This document shows, piece by piece, positions 35,047-40,496 of a stretch of DNA of 40,496 nucleotides. The stretch's first letter is position 1, and each line of letters begins with the position of its first letter. The notes below the pieces were generated by a model. The model was not told the DNA's origin and searched no databases. It worked only from the letters and a program-made list of their open reading frames with translations. Position numbers and translations under genes: made by a program. Location of the stretch: NCBI RefSeq assembly GCF_006345805.1, contig NW_021832514.1:1-40496 (forward strand), in the 5' to 3' direction. This DNA comes from Octopus sinensis. Taxonomy: Eukaryota.

Positions 35047-35467
35047 TACTCTTTTACTCTTTTACTTGTTTCAGTCATTTGACTGCGGCCATGCTGGAGC
35101 ACCACCTTTAGTCCAGCAAATCGACCCCAGGACTTATTCTTTGTAAGCCTAGTACTTATTCTATCGGTTTTTTTTTGCCGAACCGCTAAGTTACGGGGAC
35201 GTTAAAACACCAGCATCGGTTGTCAAGCGTTGTTGGGGGGACAAATACAGACACACAAACATATACACACACATACATATATATATACATATATACACAT
35301 ATACGACGGGCTTCTTTTATTTTCCGTCTACCAAATCCGTTCACGAAGCTTTGGTCGGCCCGAGGCTATAGTAGAAGACACTTGCCCAAGGTGCCACGCA
35401 GTGGGACTGAACCTGGAACCATGTGGTTGGTAAGCAAGCTACTTACCACACATCCACTCCTACGCCT
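35047..35467 (-). mobile_element. SINE family B, full length
   Basis: Tail tactcttttactctttt through to head catccactcctacgcct. Confidence 0.9.
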
Positions 35468-35940
35468 TATACAGAAAAAAAAATTCTTCTCACGCGAACA
35501 CCCTCATATGAATTAAGATATCCTATACATTGTATTCACTATCCGTAATCTACGCAAAAATAGCAAAAAGAAATAATAAGGGATAAAAAAAATTAAAAAC
35601 ACGGAGAAATTGAAATTGAAATTACATAAAAATGCGCGCAAATAAAAAGAAAGCGAAACCGAAAGAGGAGCCTTCAGTGAGAGTAACACGATTCTTTGAC
35701 TTCACAGATTATATTACTCGTTTACGCACGCGTGCAGGCGCGCAAGCAGGCAAGCACATACATGTCCTCACACGCAAACACCCGCGCACGTACGCACGCA
35801 AACATATACACACACGTGCGAGCAAACACATACGCTAAGACGCACACACATATACACACGCACGCACGCAACCACGCAAAAGTCACATGTATACACACAC
35901 ACACATGCAAACATACACACACAAACACACATTATTTTAT

Positions 35941-36245
35941 TGTTTTACTTGTTTCAGTCATTTGACTGCGCCTAAGCTGGAGCACCGCCTTTAGTCGAAC
36001 AAATCGACCCCAGGACTTATTGTTTGTAAGCCTAGTACTTATTCAATGAGTCTCTTTTGCCGAACCGCTAAGTTACGGAGACGTAAATACAGCAACATCG
36101 GTTGTGAAGTGATGGTAGGGGGACAAATACAGACACAAATACATACATAATATACATATATATACGACGGGCTTCTCCTATAACCTAGGGCCGACCAAAG
36201 TTGTGAGTGGACTTGGTTGACGGAAACTGAAAGAAGCCCGTCGTT
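35941..36245 (-). mobile_element. SINE family B with inverted 5' segment
   Basis: Tail on the minus strand to about 36178, then the CORE-like segment on the plus strand (about 36185-36243). Confidence 0.8.
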
Positions 36246-36259
36246 ATATAATATATATA

Positions 36260-36800
36260 TAATGTAAAGCATAGAAGCCATTTATCATGGCTAACCACAT
36301 TGGGGAGGGGGTGTTACTGTAGCTTTATAGCCCCAAGAGGTCTTCGTCTCTAGCTGGCTTTAGACACAATATCTGTGTCCTTGGAGTATTTGCAAAGGGA
36401 GCCATCCTTTCCTCGAGCCCTGAGTGATACGCTCGAACAAGTTTCGGGATTGTTGTCCCTCGTCAACGGGCGGTGGTAACCACCAGGTAGCGATGAAAGA
36501 GAAGGCTCCTTTGCAAATAGATATAAGTTTTTCTAATGGCGTCTGCCACTGATGTCGAAAAACGAACAGTAAGCATAATTAAATTCAGAATGAGATTGAA
36601 ACAGTAATCGCTTGATAATGTAAAGTATAGAAGCATCTTATCATGGTTAACCACATTGGGGAGGGGGTGTACTGTAGCTTATAGCCCCAAGAGATCTTCG
36701 TCTCTAGCTGGCTTTAGACACAATATCTGTGTCCTTGAGTATATTTTACATTTCGAGCGATTACTTCTTCAATCTCATTCTGAGTTTAATAATGCCTATT
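36260..36800. repeat. Composite direct plus inverted repeat unit (period about 357 bp)
   Basis: 36260-36390 matches 36617-36742 (direct); about 36573-36630 is inverted at about 36742-36800; internal 16-bp-stem hairpin at about 36387-36520. Confidence 0.8.
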
Positions 36801-36802
36801 AT

Positions 36803-36846
<44 letters not shown>

Positions 36847-37182
36847 AGAGTGAAAGAAAGCTAAGCTTCCTCATCAGATTTCGACATGCTTGCCTTGGTG
36901 GCAAATTTAATATTTAAAAACAGATAATTTAAGGAAAAACATCGATAATTCACCTTGATGCGAATACGAGCTGTCATCGGGCAAGACGAACAAGACAATA
37001 TTTTCAAAATTATTGTGAGTTAATTGTGTACTATAGTTTCGGGTTTAACTTGTAGATTAAATAAATCAACTTAAAAATAAATTAATTTAACTAAATTTAC
37101 CAAGTGTACCTTCCTCAGCACTATCGCTCCACATTTACGAAGAAACATGAATGATTCTTTAAAAAATATTACCTTATCTATC

Positions 37183-37300
37183 AGTAGAAGACACCTGCCC
37201 AAGCTGACACGCAGCTTCGGCAGGTGTCTTCTACTATAGCCTCAAGCCGAGCAAAGCCTTGTGAGTGGAAATTTTAGACGGATACCGAAAGAAGCCCGTC
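37183..37300 (+). mobile_element. SINE family B body with a foldback hairpin at its 5' end
   Basis: Hairpin at 37183-37235, continuing as atagcctcaagccgagcaaagccttgtgagtgga...agaagcccgtcg. Confidence 0.8.
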
Positions 37301-37309
37301 GTATATCTT

Positions 37310-37510
37310 TTATTTTTTTTTCTTTCAGTTATTACGTTGCGGCCATGCTGGGGCGCCTTACAGAATTTTTAGTTGTATGAATCGATCTCTGTACTTTTTT
37401 AAAGCCTGGTACTTATTCTGTCAGTTTCTTTCGCCGAACTGCTAAGTTGCAGAAACGCAGACACACCAACACCAACTACCAAGCGGTAGTGGAGGACGAA
37501 CACAGAGACA
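37310..37510 (-). mobile_element. SINE family B tail fragment
   Basis: tttcagtt..tacgttgcggccatgctggggcgcc...gccgaactgctaagtt. Confidence 0.7.
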
Positions 37511-38124
37511 AAGACCGACGCTCACACGCACACATACACACACTCACTCTTTCTGCCTGTCTCCCCCCTCTCTCTCAAATACACACATCACCTTTTACTG
37601 GCTTGTACTTTCTTCACCAGAATGCTGTGGCTAAGCTGAAGCACCGTCATTGCTTGAAAACTAGTTCAGTTAAGTTAATTTCCACTGTCTTCTCTCGTTG
37701 TTTGGTTTTAGTAAATGTCTTATTTGTGAATATATTTATAGAAATAGCAGTGTATCACCTTATCTCTCATTCTTTTTGTACCAATTATTGATAGTGTAAT
37801 CGATGTGTTCTTTGACTCTTCAGAGTCTATGCCGGTGCAGTTCTTTAATTTTACTTTATATTCTCCACAGCTTTATTGTAAAATGATATTGACATGTCAA
37901 GAATATATAACCGTTGTTATCTAATGTCCGAGTAATTGTCACTCTACACTAAAGTTCCATAGCACTTTCACATTCTCATTTTCTAAGCTCGCTGGTGGTT
38001 CAGATAAGTACCAGAAAGCTTTTGTTGAAGCAGTTGGAACTGGACATTTTTTAGGTGTATATAATCAGCTTGCTATTGTGTCCTCTCTTATATTTTGTTT
38101 TAGTAAATGTATGATATATCCTGA

Positions 38125-38318
38125 CAGTCGCCATGATAGATCGTTAGCCACTACACACATTTTTTTCTCTCCTTGTTTTTTCTGTGTACCTTTCTGTAGA
38201 AGAGCATAGGCTCGAAACGTAAAAGACGTTTTCTATTCCTGAGCGTTATACTAATATATCTGTTTGTTTTGTACACCACCTGTCTTCGTCTTTTGTTTTT
38301 TACGTAAACTCTCCCTAC
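38125..38318 (+). mobile_element. PLE terminal-repeat fragment (same family as 690-884)
   Basis: Inverted near-identical copy of 690-884. Confidence 0.6.
38190..38225 (+). ncRNA. Minimal type I hammerhead-like motif (variant core CUGUAGA)
   Basis: CTTT-CTGTAGA-A-GAGC(ATAG)GCTC-GAAA-CGTA-AAAG. Confidence 0.45.
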
Positions 38319-39189
38319 AGTGTAATATGTTATTTCAGAAAATATGGCACACAACTGATTATTTTCATATGCACTGTAGGAACTGAGGTAATTCTTACAA
38401 TATACCCTATTACCTTTTCTTGTACCACGCTTGTAACTGATTTCGTCACCCTACATTTGCTGAATTTCTCCATTGAGGTCAGAGTTAGTTATTTTTTCTA
38501 TTCGTGTATCAGCCATTTCACGGAAATGGAATTTTGTTTATTCACCACAGTTGACAATATGCATCTAATAGATCATGGTTTTCTCGCGGCTACTTACTGT
38601 CCCAAAATCAATCCACTTCTCTTTCCTGATCCTTGTACTTCGATAGTTTTATTCAATTATTTCAACTCATAGACTTATATTCGTGTTTGTTTCAGTATTC
38701 GTTTGGGCAGGTGAATAACATAGATTACGATAACCAGATTATTCTTTCACACCGGTTGTAGTACCTGCTTCTACCAGTTTCTTTATAAAAGTTTCAGTAT
38801 ATATTACCCAATGAACATTCACAGCAAGTCTTGTTTGTGTATTTGAATAAAAGCACGACAGATATTTCGTTACTATAATCCGCACTTTATAAATTTTTAT
38901 TTTAGAATACTTACTGAAAAACTGTATGCAAGCAATAATAAATCTCTGAACGAGATATAAACAGTAACTGCACGACATCTCAACATGAGATGGCAAATAC
39001 CTAACTTACTGAAAATTTTAGCTAAATACTGGACATTTTTATCAATTCAGGAAGCTTTCTGCAAAGCATTATAGATATATGTCTCCGTGTATCCATACTG
39101 CTATAGATATATATCTCCATATACTACTTAGCAGAGTAGATATTTGTCACCATGACAAATAAGTGATTAAGAGTACAACTCTTCTTAAA

Positions 39190-39320
39190 CGGAACACTGA
39201 TCTGTCGCAGGGTTAACTTTCCAGCAATTACTGGAAGCCATATACATGCTGGGTAGATTGGAGCAACGTGAAATGAAGTGTTTTGCTCAAGGACACAGCA
39301 CTTCACCTGGTCTGTGATTG
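39190..39320 (-). mobile_element. SINE family D fragment
   Basis: gctgggtagattggagcaacgtgaaatgaagtgttttgctcaaggacac matches about 1250-1305. Confidence 0.55.
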
Positions 39321-40364
39321 TAAATGCAAAACCCTATCCATTCCGCCACGCTCCTTCGCTTGGTAACAAACTTTATTATATTGTTAAATACCCAACTCGT
39401 TGTTCTGGGCCACATTCCATTTCTATTTATAATTCTAATGGCTTATGATCATTGATTGTACTGAATGTTCTTTTTCTTTCCAAATGAACATCAAATATGT
39501 TTTGATTTTTTTGTTTTGTTGTGTGTTAATGTATCACCTAGTGCTATACTGTTCTGTTTTTCCGTTTCTAAAGATTTGTTTGGTAATGATTTCAAATAGG
39601 TTCTATTTTTTTCGTCCTGTCTTATGTGGCTTGATTCTTCTCTATTATGCCTTTCTTTTACTTCCAAAATACCTTGACTCTTTAATGTTATATTTCATTT
39701 ACTATTTGATTCGTTTACCACTTTTTTTCACATTACATCCCGCTTTTTTGTTTCTTGGCTAAGACTCAATTTATCACATTATTTTTCCCAATTTTGTTTA
39801 GCGTACTTCCTATACAACGTATTTTCTTTATTTATATTTATTTATTTTTTGAAGTGTCTTAATAGCACCAAACTCGATGGAAACTGCATAGATTAGGTGA
39901 TTTAGCCTGTTGATGTTTCCCCGGTTTCTTTGTCTAGAAATAATTCGGTTATTATTTCCTGTAGATATTTGATGATTCATAACTTCGTGAGATCTTAATT
40001 GATTTTTCTTCTATTTCCTTTCATAAATTCCCCTCTGATTAAATTAGTGGAACTAGTGTTTTATTCCGTTTATTTTCATGTGAGAGGTCAAAAAAATATT
40101 GTTGCTGATAAAAGGTATTTAGCTGGATGTTTCTGGGATGTTTTTTTTTTTGTTGTTGTTGCTTATTATGAATCTTCGTACATTCACTAATGGCTAAATT
40201 TTAGTTTTCGTCTTGTATCTCTGTGCTCTTTGAAGGGATCAGTTTAGGAAATTGTATTTGTTATGTATGGTAGTCTTACAAAAAAATGTGCTAACATTCC
40301 AAGGGTGTTCCTATTTACCCCAGCTCAGTTCGATGGAGCAGACCTGGTATATAAGGTTCACCAA

Positions 40365-40496
40365 CCGCACGAGGCTCCGGCAGGGAGGGGTGGGGTGACC
40401 TCCTGTTGTATTCTTTCGCTCCAACTTTCACTCTTTCTTCCTGTTTCTTGTCCTCGACTTCCTACGCAACCGCTGAGCCTGGAGGCGCATTCATCC
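40365..40496 (+). mobile_element. Repeat sharing the family C body module, running off the window end
   Basis: acgaggctccggcaggg..gggtg..cctg.tgta..ctttcg..caactttc matches about 3810-3870; there is no tRNA head and the downstream sequence differs. Confidence 0.55.

Noticed and set aside
36855-36885. Minus-strand CTGATGA followed by a 6-bp hairpin GGAAGC/GCTTTC
   Set aside because: The required GAAA lies before rather than after the hairpin, so the hammerhead topology is not met.
38534-38672. Acceptor-like CACCACAG followed by DNMHLIDHGFLAATYCPKINP...
   Set aside because: No donor before the stop and no recognisable protein; it could be a terminal exon but this cannot be supported from the sequence.
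1-40496. The many low-complexity ORFs (poly-Y/I, C/V, H/T, L/S, K/R/E)
   Set aside because: They are translations of (TA)n, (TG)n, (CA)n, (TAT)n, (TTC)n and GA-rich tracts, with no coding evidence.

Overview
Repeat-saturated, AT-rich eukaryotic DNA. The SINE families and microsatellite load point to an octopus (coleoid cephalopod) genome; this is inferred from recognising the families, not from a database search. No host protein-coding gene can be identified with confidence, and almost all tracked ORFs are translations of microsatellites or SINEs. The window holds about 30 copies or fragments of four tRNA-derived SINE families (called A-D here). It also holds four decayed coding remnants: an L1/Tx1-type ORF2 C-terminus, a Tc1/mariner DDD transposase, a Penelope-like (PLE) GIY-YIG endonuclease with an inverted second copy of its C-terminus, and an RTE-like fragment. 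There are three MITEs with TIRs and TSDs, a 1.25-kb foldback/Mutator-like element with about 335-bp TIRs, and large simple-sequence tracts. The most interesting signals are: minimal hammerhead-ribozyme motifs in PLE terminal repeats, two sharing a non-canonical CUGUAGA core; an interlocked inverted-repeat structure next to the PLE endonuclease; mirror-image SINE tails inside the foldback TIRs; a recurrent identical multimer junction in SINE family A; a 539-bp element sitting inside (TAT)n; two compact, highly structured RNA-like segments; and a weak candidate two-exon signal-peptide gene start at 30.1-31.2 kb. Coordinates of decayed repeats are approximate (read by eye).
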